64,000 nt of DNA, taken from Candidatus Microsaccharimonas sp. (GTDB taxonomy: Bacteria; Patescibacteriota; Saccharimonadia; Saccharimonadales; Saccharimonadaceae). The stretch lies in contig JBASWP010000001.1 of the NCBI GenBank assembly GCA_049276535.1, positions 168,241-232,240 on the forward strand. Reading direction: 5' to 3'. Shown here piece by piece: positions 45,945-58,429 of this stretch. The position numbers and the translations under genes are program-made. The first letter of the stretch is position 1. Each line of letters opens with the position of its first letter. Under the pieces are notes generated by a model. That model ran no database searches. It was not told the origin of the DNA and saw only the letters and a list, made by a program, of their open reading frames with translations.

Positions 45945-48848
45945 CTAAAGAACAATACTCACTAATCGGCCAGGGACATAAATCACCTTGGTCGGTTTTT
46001 TATTCTCAACAAATTTAGCGACATTTTCTTGCCCAAGTGCAGCTGTCTTGATCGCTTCAGCGTCAAGATCCTTAGCAACTTCAATTTCACCGCGAAGCTT
46101 ACCATTTACCTGAACGGCAATCGTCATAATATCTTCAACGATCAGTGATTCGTCCCAAGTCGGCCATGTGGCATTTTGGACCAGACCTTCATTGCCTAGT
46201 TGCTGCCATAACTCGTCGGCCATGTGCGGTGCAAACGGCGCAAGTAATTGGGTCAGAGCGGTCAAGGCTTCTTTCCAAACCTCATCGCTGAATCCATCAA
46301 TCTTGAATTTGTAGAGGTCGTTCGTGTATTCCATCAGTCCCGCGATTGCAGTGTTAAAACTAAGCCGACGAATATCGTCAGTGACTTTACGAATCGTTTT
46401 ATGCATAGCGACGCGAACAGCCGCATCATTTTTGGTGACAGTTTTTTTAGCATCAAAGTACTGCTGGCTAAGTGTCCACACTCGTCCTAGGAAGCGGTAG
46501 ATTCCTGCGATCCCCTTCGAACTCCAGGCCGCGTCTAGTTCAATCGGTCCCATGAACAGCATGTAGGTACGTAGTGAGTCAGCGCCATAGCCTTGGTCGA
46601 TAATATCGAGTGGATCAACCACGTTGCCAAGGCTCTTGCTCATCTTGCGACCGTCTTCGGCATTCACGTAGCCATGGTAGATCAATTTCTTAACTGGTTC
46701 TTTAAAGTTAACCAGTTTCATATCGTAAAAGACGTGCGTCCAGAAACGAACGTACAGCAAGTGCGCGACGGCATGATCGCCACCGACGTAGAAATCGAGT
46801 GGATTCCAATAGTTAGCCGTTTCCGGGTCCCATGCCTGTTCGTTGTTGTGCGGGTCGGTATAACGCAGTAAGTACCAGCTACTACAAGCATAGCCGTCCA
46901 TGGTGTCGGTTTCACGCTTGGCAGGCTTGCCACAATCAGGACAGGTAGTATTTACCCAATCTTCCGCACGAGCGAGTGCCGACAGACCGTCGCCCTTTGG
47001 CGCGTAATCTTCGATTTCAGGGAGTACTACTGGCAGTTGGTCCTCGGGGACCGCGACTGCACCGTGTTCTGGACAGTGAATAATAGGGATCGGCGCACCC
47101 CAATAGCGCTGACGGCTGATCAGCCAATCGCGCATTTTGTAGGTGGTTTTCGCTTGGCCGAGTTTCTGTTCTTCTAACCACGCGACAATTTGTTCGCGGG
47201 CTTCGCTACTTGGCAAGCCATCGAACGCTCCCGAGTTAAACAACACGCCTTCACCGTGGAAAATAGGAAGGTTTGCTGACGTGTTGGCTTCATACGCCTC
47301 GAGTACAGCCGGAATACGGTTCAATGTTTCGATCCAGTGGCCGCGGCCTTCTGGTTCAGCATGTAGGTCGGCCATAATTTCGTCTAGACTTGACCAGACG
47401 ACTTTGTAATCTTCGTGTGATTCTTGGTGTTGGTCACCTTGATCGTCGCGGTTAATAATTGCTAGGAATGTATAGCTGAACGAACGACGATTACTGTCTT
47501 TGTTGCTGTTGTAGTAATACGAATACGTCGGGCCGCCCAGCGGAATGATCGCTTCGGCCGTTGCAAAGCCGGCTTCTTCTTCCAATTCACGGCGTGCTGC
47601 TGATTCGTAGGTCTCGCCTTCATCTATTCCACCGCCTACCAGCCAACGCTTGTTGGCTTTTTGGTTAATCAGACTCATAAATTCTTTGGTTCGTGGGTCA
47701 TAACCAATGACAACAGGGCCAGTAACATCAACGGCATCTTGTAATGGTTCACCAAAATCAGGCGCAACAACTGCCACAATCGGTAGATTATATTTCGTCG
47801 CAAAGGCATTGTCGCGCTCGTCGTGTGCAGGCACTGCCATGATCGCGCCAGTTCCATAGCCGCCAAGTACATAGTCAGCCACCCAGACCGGTACCTTCTC
47901 ACCGTTCGCTGGATTAATTGCGTAACTGCCCGTAAATACGCCTGTTTTTTCTTTCGTATCATTGGTTCGTTCGATCTCGGATTTCTTGACGGCATCCTTA
48001 ACGTATTGCTTTAACGAGTCAGTAAATTCACCCGTTCCTAATTCCAGCGCCAAAGGATGTTCTGGTGCCAATACGAGGAAGGTTGCCCCGAAAATAGTAT
48101 CGGGTCGGGTCGTAAAGACCGTAATAGTCTCATTGCGGCCATCGAGGGCAAATTGTACTTCGGCGCCCTGTGATTTTCCGATCCAGTTCGTCTGCGCTGT
48201 CTTAATTTTCTGTGGCCAATCCAGATCTTCGATTTCATCCAGCAATGCATCGGCGTATTCTGTGATCTTGAAAAACCACTGCTTCATCGATTTCTTTTCA
48301 ACTAAACTACCACAGCGCCAACAATGGCCACCTTCGACTTGTTCGTTAGCAAGGACCGTCTTATCTACCGGACACCACCACTGCAATGATTCTTTTTGAT
48401 ACGCTAAGCCACGTTCGAATAATTTCGTAAATACCCACTGGGTCCAGCGATAGTATTCAGGGTCACTGGTATTAATCTCGCGTGACCAATCGATACTGAC
48501 ACCCATGCGCTTGAATTGATTCTTAAAGTTCGCGATGTTTTCCAGCGTTACTTCGGCTGGTGCGCGACCGGTTTTAATAGCAAAGTTTTCAGCCGGCAAC
48601 CCAAACGTATCCCACCCCATCGGGTTCAGTACATTATGGCCGTGTTGTTTTTGAAAGCGTGCAATCGCATCAACAATCGCCCAGCTAAAGGCATGTCCGG
48701 TGTGCATCCCGGCGCCGCTTGGGTACGGGAACATGCCCGAGACGTAGGTTTTCACCTTACTCGGGTCGATCACTACTTCGTTGGCTTTTTGATCTTCCCA
48801 GACCTTCTGCCACTTCGGTTCGATTTCAGACGGGTTGTAGCGTTGCAT
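45945..48848 (-). CDS. leuS: Leucyl-tRNA synthetase carrying an inserted Nudix domain
   Basis: 'PYPSGAGMHTGHAF' HIGH-type motif, 'KMSKS', a CP1 editing domain and 'RDWLISRQRYWGAPIP'. Plus 'GGGIDEGETYESAARRELEEEAGF', a perfect Nudix box, inserted after the editing domain at about aa 375-505. Confidence 0.9.
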   Translation of the reverse strand: MQRYNPSEIEPKWQKVWEDQKANEVVIDPSKVKTYVSGMFPYPSGAGMHTGHAFSWAIVDAIARFQKQHGHNVLNPMGWDTFGLPAENFAIKTGRAPAEVTLENIANFKNQFKRMGVSIDWSREINTSDPEYYRWTQWVFTKLFERGLAYQKESLQWWCPVDKTVLANEQVEGGHCWRCGSLVEKKSMKQWFFKITEYADALLDEIEDLDWPQKIKTAQTNWIGKSQGAEVQFALDGRNETITVFTTRPDTIFGATFLVLAPEHPLALELGTGEFTDSLKQYVKDAVKKSEIERTNDTKEKTGVFTGSYAINPANGEKVPVWVADYVLGGYGTGAIMAVPAHDERDNAFATKYNLPIVAVVAPDFGEPLQDAVDVTGPVVIGYDPRTKEFMSLINQKANKRWLVGGGIDEGETYESAARRELEEEAGFATAEAIIPLGGPTYSYYYNSNKDSNRRSFSYTFLAIINRDDQGDQHQESHEDYKVVWSSLDEIMADLHAEPEGRGHWIETLNRIPAVLEAYEANTSANLPIFHGEGVLFNSGAFDGLPSSEAREQIVAWLEEQKLGQAKTTYKMRDWLISRQRYWGAPIPIIHCPEHGAVAVPEDQLPVVLPEIEDYAPKGDGLSALARAEDWVNTTCPDCGKPAKRETDTMDGYACSSWYLLRYTDPHNNEQAWDPETANYWNPLDFYVGGDHAVAHLLYVRFWTHVFYDMKLVNFKEPVKKLIYHGYVNAEDGRKMSKSLGNVVDPLDIIDQGYGADSLRTYMLFMGPIELDAAWSSKGIAGIYRFLGRVWTLSQQYFDAKKTVTKNDAAVRVAMHKTIRKVTDDIRRLSFNTAIAGLMEYTNDLYKFKIDGFSDEVWKEALTALTQLLAPFAPHMADELWQQLGNEGLVQNATWPTWDESLIVEDIMTIAVQVNGKLRGEIEVAKDLDAEAIKTAALGQENVAKFVENKKPTKVIYVPGRLVSIVL

Positions 48849-48882
48849 AACCGCTCAATTATAACAGAGGCTACGAAGAACG

Positions 48883-50394
48883 TTAAGGCATAGTGACGGC
48901 GGTAGGCACATACGAGTCAATCGTCGTACCGTTGCCGAGTTTACCATTGGCGTTGTATCCCCAGCAATACGCTTCGTCGGCGGCGATGACGCAACTGAAA
49001 TTACTCCCGGCAGAAATGGCAGTCACCGTCTTTCCAGCCAGAACACCGCTAGTTGAAACGGCTACTGGTACATATGAATTCGCAGTACTGTTATTACCGA
49101 GCTTTCCTATAGCCCCACTGCCCCAGCAGAACGCTTCTCCGTCCGCAATAGCACAGGTGTGGGCGTTTCCAGCGGAAATGGCAGTCACCGTCTTTCCAGC
49201 CAAAACACCGCTGGTTGAAACGGCTACTGGAGCAGCTGCGTTCGTCGTAGTGTTATCACCAACTTGGCCAGTGCTGTTATAGCCCCAGCAGTAGGCGGCA
49301 CCGTCGGCGATGGCGCACGTATGCCCATAGCTCGATGAAATGGCGGTCACTGTTTTTCCTGCAAGTACGCCGCTAGTAGAAACCGCGACAGGAACGGATG
49401 AGGACGTAAGTAAATTATCGCCGAGCCTTCCTAGGCTTCCGGCTCCCCAGCAGTAGGCGGCACCGTCGGCGATGGCGCAGGAATGATGCTCGCCAGCCGC
49501 TAAGGCGGTCACTGTTTTTCCTGCAAGTACGCCGCTAGTAGAAACAGGTGTCGGCACTAACGAGTTAGTCGTTCCACCATTTCCAAAACGCGAGTTCGCG
49601 TTATCTCCCCAACAGTAGGCGGCACCATCGGCAACGGCACAGCTGTGGTAGACATTGACGGTAATCTGCGTTACTGTTTTTCCTGCAAGTACGCCGCTAG
49701 TAGAAACGGCTACTGGGACGTTCGAGTTCGCAGTGCTGTTGTTTCCTAGTTTGCCAGCTAGGGTCGCATTCCCCCAACAGTACGCTTCTCCGTCCGCAAT
49801 AGCACAGGTATGATAGCCTCCCGAGCCATTAGATGCGACTGCCGTGATTGTCTTGCCCGAGAGAACGCCCGTCGTTAGAACCGGAACTGCCACTATCGAG
49901 CTTCCAGAACCGCCATCACCAAGCTGCCCGTACGTACTATCTCCCCAGCAGTACAGCTGTGAGGAAATAAGGCTACACCCCGTATTGGTTGCCGTTTGAA
50001 TCTGAGACGCAACGACCGACACGGTTGGGCATGCGCCTGCCTGCACCGTCTTAGTCTCTGAATCTATATGATATACAGGCACGCCGTTCTGACTGCTCGT
50101 CGCCGTTAAACAGTAGGAGTTAGTGCCTGCGTCGTAGCTATAGGAAAATGTAGTCGTGGAACTTTTCTTAACATCATCAGCCGAACTCGGGTACCTGTCG
50201 GAGTTGGTGGTCTTCGCATTTTCAAGTTGGGTGGCGGCGCTTTGTAAGTCGGACTGTATCACAGCGTCGCCCGCACGTTGTTGAATACCTCCATACCCAA
50301 CCACCGCTAACGTAGCTAGAATTCCGATGACGACAATCACGATGAGCAACTCAACAATCGTAAAGCCTCGAAAGGTTGTATGGGTATGTTTCAT
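48883..50394 (-). CDS. Type-IV-pilin-like (N-terminal methylation motif) protein with RCC1-repeat beta-propeller domain
   Basis: 'FRGFTIVELLIVIVVIGILA' prepilin class-III signal. Followed by about seven repeats of '...HTCAIADGAAYCWGxNxxGxLG...SxxxVPVAVSTSGVLAGKTVTAI...' (RCC1/BLIP-II-like). Confidence 0.65.
   Translation of the reverse strand: MKHTHTTFRGFTIVELLIVIVVIGILATLAVVGYGGIQQRAGDAVIQSDLQSAATQLENAKTTNSDRYPSSADDVKKSSTTTFSYSYDAGTNSYCLTATSSQNGVPVYHIDSETKTVQAGACPTVSVVASQIQTATNTGCSLISSQLYCWGDSTYGQLGDGGSGSSIVAVPVLTTGVLSGKTITAVASNGSGGYHTCAIADGEAYCWGNATLAGKLGNNSTANSNVPVAVSTSGVLAGKTVTQITVNVYHSCAVADGAAYCWGDNANSRFGNGGTTNSLVPTPVSTSGVLAGKTVTALAAGEHHSCAIADGAAYCWGAGSLGRLGDNLLTSSSVPVAVSTSGVLAGKTVTAISSSYGHTCAIADGAAYCWGYNSTGQVGDNTTTNAAAPVAVSTSGVLAGKTVTAISAGNAHTCAIADGEAFCWGSGAIGKLGNNSTANSYVPVAVSTSGVLAGKTVTAISAGSNFSCVIAADEAYCWGYNANGKLGNGTTIDSYVPTAVTMP
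48950..50000 (-). repeat. About 150-nt tandem coding repeats (RCC1-like blades) inside the pilin-like gene
   Basis: Near-identical nucleotide blocks recur in tandem, for example 'gtcaccgtctttccagcca(g/a)aacaccgct(a/g)gttgaaacggctactgg'. The protein shows matching repeats. Confidence 0.6.
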
Positions 50395-50462
50395 TATGCT
50401 TATGATACCACTCTATAAAATGTTCGGGAAGTATGCCATCACATAGGGAATAGATCAATACG

Positions 50463-50539
50463 TGGTGGAGCATATCGGATTCGAACCGATGACCTCTTCC
50501 ATGCCATGGAAGCGCGCTAGCCAACTGTGCCAATGCCCC
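50463..50539 (-). tRNA. tRNA-Ala (anticodon GGC)
   Basis: Reverse complement 'GGGGCATTGGCACAGTTGGCTAGCGCGCTTCCATGGCATGGAAGAGGTCATCGGTTCGAATCCGATATGCTCCACCA'. It has a G3:U70 pair, anticodon loop atGGCat, a canonical T-arm and an encoded CCA. Confidence 0.7.
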
Positions 50540-50910
50540 GTGCACACATGATTTTAACAAAAACTCGCCCCTGTTTCTAGAAGCGAGTTAGTCTGCTGCT
50601 GCGCGCCCACCCGGGGCGCCGCCTTTTGTGGTGGTGTTTGTTTTGCCGCGCTAAGAGGGGTAGCCCCTAGCGCATCAGCATAGATTTATTATCACTCGCG
50701 GGCGCGAAAAGCACAAGTACTTTACATCCTTTAACACTAGTATTTAGTATAAGAATATGCTTAACTGAAGAAGTTCAGAAACACGCGCGTACCAAGAGCT
50801 GGATGCCGAGTGTTTATCTTCACCAAGATAATCTCTCTTCACCGCTTAAAATACTAGTCGCCAGGTCGATCTGACAACAAGTAAAGAAGAAGAGAAGATA
50901 ATCCAAATAT

Positions 50911-51213
50911 ATGTCACAAAATCTATTTATCGGTAGCCTAGCTTACGCTACTACTGATGACAGCTTGAAGGCTTTCTTTGAGGAAATCGGCGAAGTGACC
51001 AGTGCACGAGTCGTTATGGACCGCGAAAGCGGCCGCTCAAAGGGATTTGGTTTCGTCGAATTTGCAGACGAAGCTAATAACCAAAAAGCAGTTGACCAGT
51101 TAAATGGTAAAGAACTTGACGGACGCCCTATCAACGTTAGCCTTGCACGACCTAAAGAAGATCGTCCACGTGGCGGCGATGGTGGTGGTTCATTCCGCCA
51201 ACGTAGCTGGTAA
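50911..51213 (+). CDS. RRM-type RNA-binding protein with Gly-rich tail
   Basis: RNP-2 'LFIGSL' and RNP-1 'KGFGFVEF'. C-terminal 'RGGDGGG'. Confidence 0.75.
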   Translation: MSQNLFIGSLAYATTDDSLKAFFEEIGEVTSARVVMDRESGRSKGFGFVEFADEANNQKAVDQLNGKELDGRPINVSLARPKEDRPRGGDGGGSFRQRSW

Positions 51214-51232
51214 TCAGTTACCCCATTTAAAA

Positions 51233-51261
51233 ATACTCCCTTTACTGGGAGTATTTTTTTA
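51233..51261 (+). terminator. Intrinsic terminator after the RRM gene
   Basis: 'atactccc-tttact-gggagtat' followed by TTTTTTTATT. Confidence 0.65.
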
Positions 51262-51274
51262 TTCAAACTACTGG

Positions 51275-51637
51275 CTAGTTGCTAGCTGTAGATGCGGGAC
51301 AGGTGTAGGTTACACCATCGACAACGTGTGAGCCTGGGCCAAGTTCTTTACACTTTTCAAGCAACACCCCTGCAGCACCTACCATAACGATAACGAAGAT
51401 AATCGTTGCGATAATGTTCAGAATTCCGAGGATAATACCCGCTATAGCAAAGCCGTTTCCTTGTCCGGCTGCTTTCGATTTGTTTATACCTATGATACCA
51501 AGGATCAGACCAACGAGGCCGATTCCTAAGAACGAAACAATAAGACTGGCGATACCAATTCCTTTACCTGGGTTTGCAACGACCGATCCGGTGACTGGTG
51601 CTGCCGGTGGAAGTGTAGTTGGTTGATTTGGATCCAT
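51275..51637 (-). CDS. Small membrane protein (two TM helices), function unknown
   Basis: 120-aa hydrophobic ORF with a Pro/Thr-rich N-terminus. Confidence 0.35.
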   Translation of the reverse strand: MDPNQPTTLPPAAPVTGSVVANPGKGIGIASLIVSFLGIGLVGLILGIIGINKSKAAGQGNGFAIAGIILGILNIIATIIFVIVMVGAAGVLLEKCKELGPGSHVVDGVTYTCPASTASN

Positions 51638-51694
51638 AGATTCTCCTTATGCTAATGTCTATCATTGTAGTTGTATGCCCTCATGAAAGCAAGC

Positions 51695-52066
51695 TTAACG
51701 AAACAGTGGTGAATACAGCCAATCCAGACCTAGGTTCAGGAATGTATTAATCAGACCAAAAGTATTAAGCAGCCACGCTGTCGTGATTAACACTAAACCG
51801 GTTAAACACAGCACTAAGATTCTCACTGCAATATGCTGACGCTTTAGCCAATCAGTCCACTGATCGTAGCGCACCCTTAGTCTGTCGAGTACTTTTGAGG
51901 CAAATTCAAACTCAGTAGCCAGGATAGCCAGACCAGCAAATACAATCAGCCAGCCCGGCCCTGGGTAAGGAATCAACACGATACCAATCAGGACAATCAA
52001 CCCACCAACGATGCCGATTAGCACGCGTCGACTATGACGTCTAATTCTTTCCCTGTGACTACTCAT
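51695..52066 (-). CDS. Small membrane protein, function unknown
   Basis: 123-aa ORF with three TM helices and a basic N-terminus. Overlaps the upstream gene by 8 nt. Confidence 0.35.
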   Translation of the reverse strand: MSSHRERIRRHSRRVLIGIVGGLIVLIGIVLIPYPGPGWLIVFAGLAILATEFEFASKVLDRLRVRYDQWTDWLKRQHIAVRILVLCLTGLVLITTAWLLNTFGLINTFLNLGLDWLYSPLFR

Positions 52067-52457
52067 CGCTCACTTCTTTAAACACGTCAGGTGACTTGCG
52101 ATAATAGTCTACCCATTTATCACCATCTTGCAGGCGAAGTGTCGTCACATAATGAGCGCCCGTAAAACCGCCCTTTTTATTAAATGTCTCGATACGCTTT
52201 GCTTCCACTTCATCAGCACTCACGTGTTCATGGTCCATCAAATCTTGGACTACCTGTTGAATATCGGCAAGCTCACTCACAAGATCCTCACGAGAATCCG
52301 ATACTACCAGCTCTTTCACTTCTTCGAGAAGTTTTTGCTTTAACGCTTTAGTGAATTCTTCGGATGTCAGATCTTTATACTCGGCGTCTTGGTTTAGCTC
52401 AACATATAGACCCTTGAGTTTGTCACGGATCAGTTTATTGAAAATAAATGTCGGCAT
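52059..52457 (-). CDS. MazG-like / all-alpha NTP-pyrophosphohydrolase-family protein (tentative)
   Basis: 'EEVKELV...ELADIQQVVQDLM' resembles the EExxE/ExxD helix pair of MazG/HisE-type pyrophosphohydrolases. This is a weak call. Confidence 0.35.
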   Translation of the reverse strand: MPTFIFNKLIRDKLKGLYVELNQDAEYKDLTSEEFTKALKQKLLEEVKELVVSDSREDLVSELADIQQVVQDLMDHEHVSADEVEAKRIETFNKKGGFTGAHYVTTLRLQDGDKWVDYYRKSPDVFKEVSDE

Positions 52458-52460
52458 ACT

Positions 52461-55522
<3,062 letters not shown>

Positions 55523-55539
<17 letters not shown>

Positions 55540-56395
55540 GAGTTTTCAATCGTTTAATACGGTCTTCGAGTGGAGGATGAGTGCTAAACAATTTTGATAG
55601 ACCACCAGATTTCAGTGGATTGTTAAAGAACAAATGAGCCGTAGTAGTGCTTTGGCGCTTCATTGGCTTGCCGTATTGTCGCAATTTTTCGAGAGCGCTC
55701 GCTAGTCCGTCAGAATCACGAGTAGTCATAACGCCTGATGCATCGGCGAGGTATTCACGCTGTCGGCTAATCGCCAGTTGGACAATCGTAGCGACAATCG
55801 GAGCAAGGATCACGACGACCAAGCCCACCACCAAAACGATCGGGTGAACATCTCGGCGATCACCACCAAAAAACAGTAGGCGAGCGACTAGGTCAGATAA
55901 TAATCCGATCGCACTGACTAAACCAAAGGCGATCATGCTGACACGAATGTCATAGTTTTGGACATGTCCCATCTCGTGTGCCATAACTGCTTCCAGTTCA
56001 CGGTCGTCCATAATATCCATCAGGCCTGTCGTTGCTGCCACGACCGCATGTTTCGGGTCACGTCCAGTCGCAAAGGCATTTGGCGCTGGGTCGTCAATAA
56101 TATAAATCTTTGGTGTCGGCATACCCAGGGTGATTGCTAGGTTTTCAACGATGCGATACAGACGAGGGTTTTGTTTCTTTTCAATCTCATGCGCGCCCGA
56201 TACAGCTAGCGCTAGCTTGCTGGCAATGAAGTATTGAATAAACGCGTACACTGCAGCACCACCGATGATCCAATACGTAAACGAGGTATTGCCCATATAG
56301 GCGCTCACCAGCCAGCCGATACCCCCTATCAAGCCAATAAAAACCGCCATGATCAGCAGTGTATTTCGTTTATTCGCAGCGATTGCTTTGTACAT
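55523..56395 (-). CDS. htpX: M48 zinc metalloprotease HtpX
   Basis: 'HEMGHVQNYD' HExxH motif. Four TM helices. Downstream 'ExxxD'. Confidence 0.8.
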
Positions 56396-56433
56396 AATCT
56401 GTGTATAATTATAGCGTTTTTACAGAGAAAAAA

Positions 56434-57669
56434 CTACATCTTCATCTCTTTAAATGCTGCCTTTAGAATCTCGAGCATCGTGGCGTAGTTACTACTACTT
56501 ACTACTATCTGTTCCGGAGCATACAGGTAAATAAGGTTATCGACAACCTCGATGTTTACTTCGAACGGAAGTGCCTGCAGTTGTTCCATGAATTTTGGAT
56601 TGAGGAGTTCAAAACTTGTGGCAAGTTCTGGCACTGTGGCAAAGACTTCGTATTTTATATTAAAGTCATTCCACTCCATCTTCACTTTTTCCAGCCCCGA
56701 GATACCCCCGCCAAAGACGCCTTTGTTTCGACGGACCACAATATTGCCATAGCTTTTTGGAATTGCCGTTTGGGCAATCAAATACGAACGTGTCGATTGT
56801 TGTGGATTTTCAACGTAGGTATACAGCTGAATAATAATGTCGTTGTACAAGCCTATAACGTGATTATTAATATCAGATCGGCCAAATGCCCCGCGGCTGA
56901 ATAATTCCCCTCTGCGTGGCAATAATAAGTACCCCCAGTCGAGTGAATAGAAATAGCCTTCTTGGCGCGAGAACGCTTCTAATCCGGGGTTGCGCATTCC
57001 TGGATTGGCCGTTGCTTGATCAATACCATCAAATAACCATGTGTGTTGGTGACGCTTAAATTTATAGTATTCAGTAACCGACAGTGGTTGCTGGAAAATG
57101 ATGACGTTTTCTTTCAGATCTTTTAATACGTCGTGTACAGTGACCGTCATCCGCATGGTGTGCGCGTCGACAGCGTCGTCTACGTTATCACGCATTTCAT
57201 ATACCTCTGACGATATGACAGTTGGGTTTTGAACATCATTCTGTCGATTCGCCTGTTTCAGCGCACCCATCATCAACAGGTTATGCTGATAGTACTGCGC
57301 GCTCATGTAGGTTTTCATCGAGTCGACATTAAACGACGACCAATCTTTTTGATACTGCACAAACGTATCTCTGGCATGAGTTTCAATCGTGCCCGGTTCC
57401 CAAATCTTGTCAGTAGCAGCTGCGGTTTCAAGAGCCAGCTTCATCCGTGCCCGACGTTCTTTGAGCAGTTTTGCCGCTTTGGCACTAGAAATCGCTACGA
57501 AGATAAATATAACGATAAATAGGATGACCATGAACAAAAGCGAGAGCGGGCTGGAACCACCGCCACCTCCACCGCCCCCGCCCCCGCCGCCGCCGCCTCC
57601 CGAGCCGCCACCGCCGCCAATAGCAAACAGATCAACGACGAATGATAAGAGGCTGAAGAACCCTTCCAT
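56434..57669 (-). CDS. Hypothetical membrane-anchored protein with N-terminal poly-Gly tract
   Basis: 'GGGGGSGGGGGGGGGGGGGGGSS' then a TM helix and a roughly 330-aa soluble domain. Adjacent to lemA. Confidence 0.4.
   Translation of the reverse strand: MEGFFSLLSFVVDLFAIGGGGGSGGGGGGGGGGGGGGGSSPLSLLFMVILFIVIFIFVAISSAKAAKLLKERRARMKLALETAAATDKIWEPGTIETHARDTFVQYQKDWSSFNVDSMKTYMSAQYYQHNLLMMGALKQANRQNDVQNPTVISSEVYEMRDNVDDAVDAHTMRMTVTVHDVLKDLKENVIIFQQPLSVTEYYKFKRHQHTWLFDGIDQATANPGMRNPGLEAFSRQEGYFYSLDWGYLLLPRRGELFSRGAFGRSDINNHVIGLYNDIIIQLYTYVENPQQSTRSYLIAQTAIPKSYGNIVVRRNKGVFGGGISGLEKVKMEWNDFNIKYEVFATVPELATSFELLNPKFMEQLQALPFEVNIEVVDNLIYLYAPEQIVVSSSNYATMLEILKAAFKEMKM
57538..57622 (-). repeat. (GGN)n simple-sequence tract encoding poly-Gly
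   Basis: On the plus strand the tract reads 'ccaccgccacctccaccgcccccgcccccgccgccgccgcctcccgagccgccaccgccgcc'. Confidence 0.7.
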
Positions 57670-57687
57670 AGCGAGGTGCTAAAGGAA

Positions 57688-58251
57688 TTAGAACTTTACT
57701 TCAGTTGGCTGACTAGCTGCTTCGCGTTCAGTTTCGTCAACATCAAAGAACTCACGGTTCTTAAAGCCGAACATACCGGCAACAGCGTTGGCTGGGAATG
57801 TTTGAATCTTGGTGTTTAGGTCACGGACGCCACTGTTATAGAAACGACGAGATGCTTGAATCTTGTCTTCGGTGTCGACAAGTTCTTGTTGCAATTCGAC
57901 GAAGTTCTGACTAGCCTTCAGGTCTGGATAGGCTTCAGCAACTGCAAACAGGCTTTTTAATGTTGCTTCGAATTGATTCTCAGCAGCAGCGGTCTCTTTA
58001 ACACCCTTAGCACTCATGACGTTTGCACGAGCTTCGGTTACTGCCTCAAAGACACCTTTTTCGTGCTTTGCATAACCCTTTACTGTTTCAACCAGATTAG
58101 GAATCAGGTCAAGACGACGCTTAAGCTGAACATTGATATCGCTCCATGCTTCATCAACGCGAACGCGTAACGTAACTAAACCGTTGTAGGTTACCCATAC
58201 GAACAGTGCTATTAAAACGACTACTCCAATAATTATCCAAAGCGCGATCAT
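57688..58251 (-). CDS. lemA: LemA-family membrane protein
   Basis: '[51 protein letters not shown]' matches the LemA consensus. N-terminal TM. Confidence 0.8.
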   Translation of the reverse strand: MIALWIIIGVVVLIALFVWVTYNGLVTLRVRVDEAWSDINVQLKRRLDLIPNLVETVKGYAKHEKGVFEAVTEARANVMSAKGVKETAAAENQFEATLKSLFAVAEAYPDLKASQNFVELQQELVDTEDKIQASRRFYNSGVRDLNTKIQTFPANAVAGMFGFKNREFFDVDETEREAASQPTEVKF

Positions 58252-58325
58252 GTGTTTATTCCTTCACATTAATTAGTGTTCTTATTATAACAAAAACTCG
58301 ATATAAAACCGAGTTAAATAAGTTC

Positions 58326-58412
58326 TGGTGCGCGGGGCGGGAATTGAACCCGCACGGCCTTGCGGCCAAGAGATTTTAAGTCTCTCATGTCTACCAATTC
58401 CATCACCCGCGC
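58326..58412 (-). tRNA. tRNA-Leu (anticodon UAA)
   Basis: Reverse complement 'GCGCGGGTGATGGAATTGGTAGACATGAGAGACTTAAAATCTCTTGGCCGCAAGGCCGTGCGGGTTCAATTCCCGCCCCGCGCACCA'. It has a long variable arm, anticodon loop ctTAAaa and an encoded CCA. Confidence 0.75.
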
Positions 58413-58429
58413 ATGGGATTAAACATATA

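Noticed and set aside
50540-50720. Possible SRP (4.5S) RNA, RNase P RNA or tmRNA in the GC-rich intergenic segment
   Set aside because: I searched by eye for GGAAGCAGCC (SRP domain IV), AGGAAAGTCCGGGC (RNase P P4) and a tRNA-like CCA 3' end with GGTTCGATTCC (tmRNA). None is present on either strand.
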